Assembly (NCBI GenBank): GCA_004321905.1
Contig: SCQF01000012.1
Location: 5,411 to 69,410 of the forward strand
From: Verrucomicrobiota bacterium
GTDB taxonomy: Bacteria > Verrucomicrobiota > Kiritimatiellia > CAIQIC01
Length of the DNA: 64,000 bases
Reading direction: 5' to 3'
The notes under the pieces were generated by a model. That model made no database searches and was not told the origin of the DNA. It saw only the letters and a program-made list of their open reading frames with translations. How positions within the stretch are numbered: the first letter of the stretch is position 1; the number at the start of each line of letters is the position of its first letter. Made by a program: the position numbers and the translations under genes. This document shows, piece after piece, positions 63,691-64,000 of this stretch.

Positions 63691-64000
63691 ACGCGGAACT
63701 CAAAATATAGCAGTCTTCGCCACGTGAGCGGTGGGTGGCGCCTGTCTACCTGATTTGCGGCTCCGCGCGACGCGTCACCCAACCCCGGCAACCGCAAACC
63801 GTGCTTGGTGACGAGGGCAGGGCGAGTCATCCTCGGCGAGCCGTTCGGGTGTAGCGCACGTGCGTATGACCGCTCTTGACTTCGCGCAGCCGTCTTCCTA
63901 CTTTGCCACCAGCTTAACGGGGCAGGCAGATCGGGCAGGTGAGGGATCGGCCCCGGGTGGTAATTCAAAAAGGAGTGGAACATGGACCATAACGGCTGGA

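Noticed and set aside
1-64000. A CRISPR array, intact insertion sequence or transposon, restriction-modification or other recognisable defence system
   Set aside because: No direct-repeat/spacer arrays, no transposase or Cas homologues, and no methyltransferase or nuclease pairs were seen. The only mobile-DNA trace is the ~60-aa integrase remnant at 25570.

Overview
This 64-kb window is a high-GC (roughly 60-65%) chromosomal segment. The DUF1501 + DUF1549/DUF1553 gene pair, the many lipoproteins and the codon usage suggest a PVC-superphylum bacterium (Verrucomicrobia- or Planctomycetes-like).

Layout of the window:
- 1-33 kb is mostly housekeeping on the minus strand: a thiol-redox operon (ArsR, two thioredoxins, CcdA), fmt, tRNA-Leu, an LpxL-like acyltransferase, two tandem SPFH proteins, HtrA with two catalytically dead trypsin-like lipoproteins, an orphan LuxR-type response regulator, lpdA, an AEC transporter, the DUF1501/DUF1549-1553 pair, tsf, rpsB, tRNA-Val, ComEC, aspC and an NDK-like protein.
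- 33-58 kb is a large ABC-transporter-dependent (wzm/wzt) polysaccharide biosynthesis locus. It has at least 12 glycosyltransferases, three methyltransferases (one fused to a glycosyltransferase), WecD/WecE-like amino-sugar enzymes and a GT-C-like membrane protein. Several low-GC genes give it a mosaic, horizontally acquired look.
- 58-64 kb holds a parvulin-type PPIase, an ECF sigma/anti-sigma pair and a large secreted papain-family peptidase with C-terminal repeats.

The strongest unexplained signal is a family of at least 29 copies of a 19-bp perfect palindrome, TTTTCCAA-NNN-TTGGAAAA. It is essentially confined to intergenic DNA and is usually arranged as pairs 12-14 bp apart that together form a ~51-bp dyad, resembling REP/BIME elements.

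Other points of interest:
- A 21/22-bp ArsR-type operator/promoter is duplicated 20 kb away.
- A small thioredoxin gene is frameshifted in a homopolymer run.
- There are decayed CheB-like and integrase gene remnants; the integrase remnant sits next to tRNA-Val.

No CRISPR array, intact mobile element or recognisable defence system was seen.
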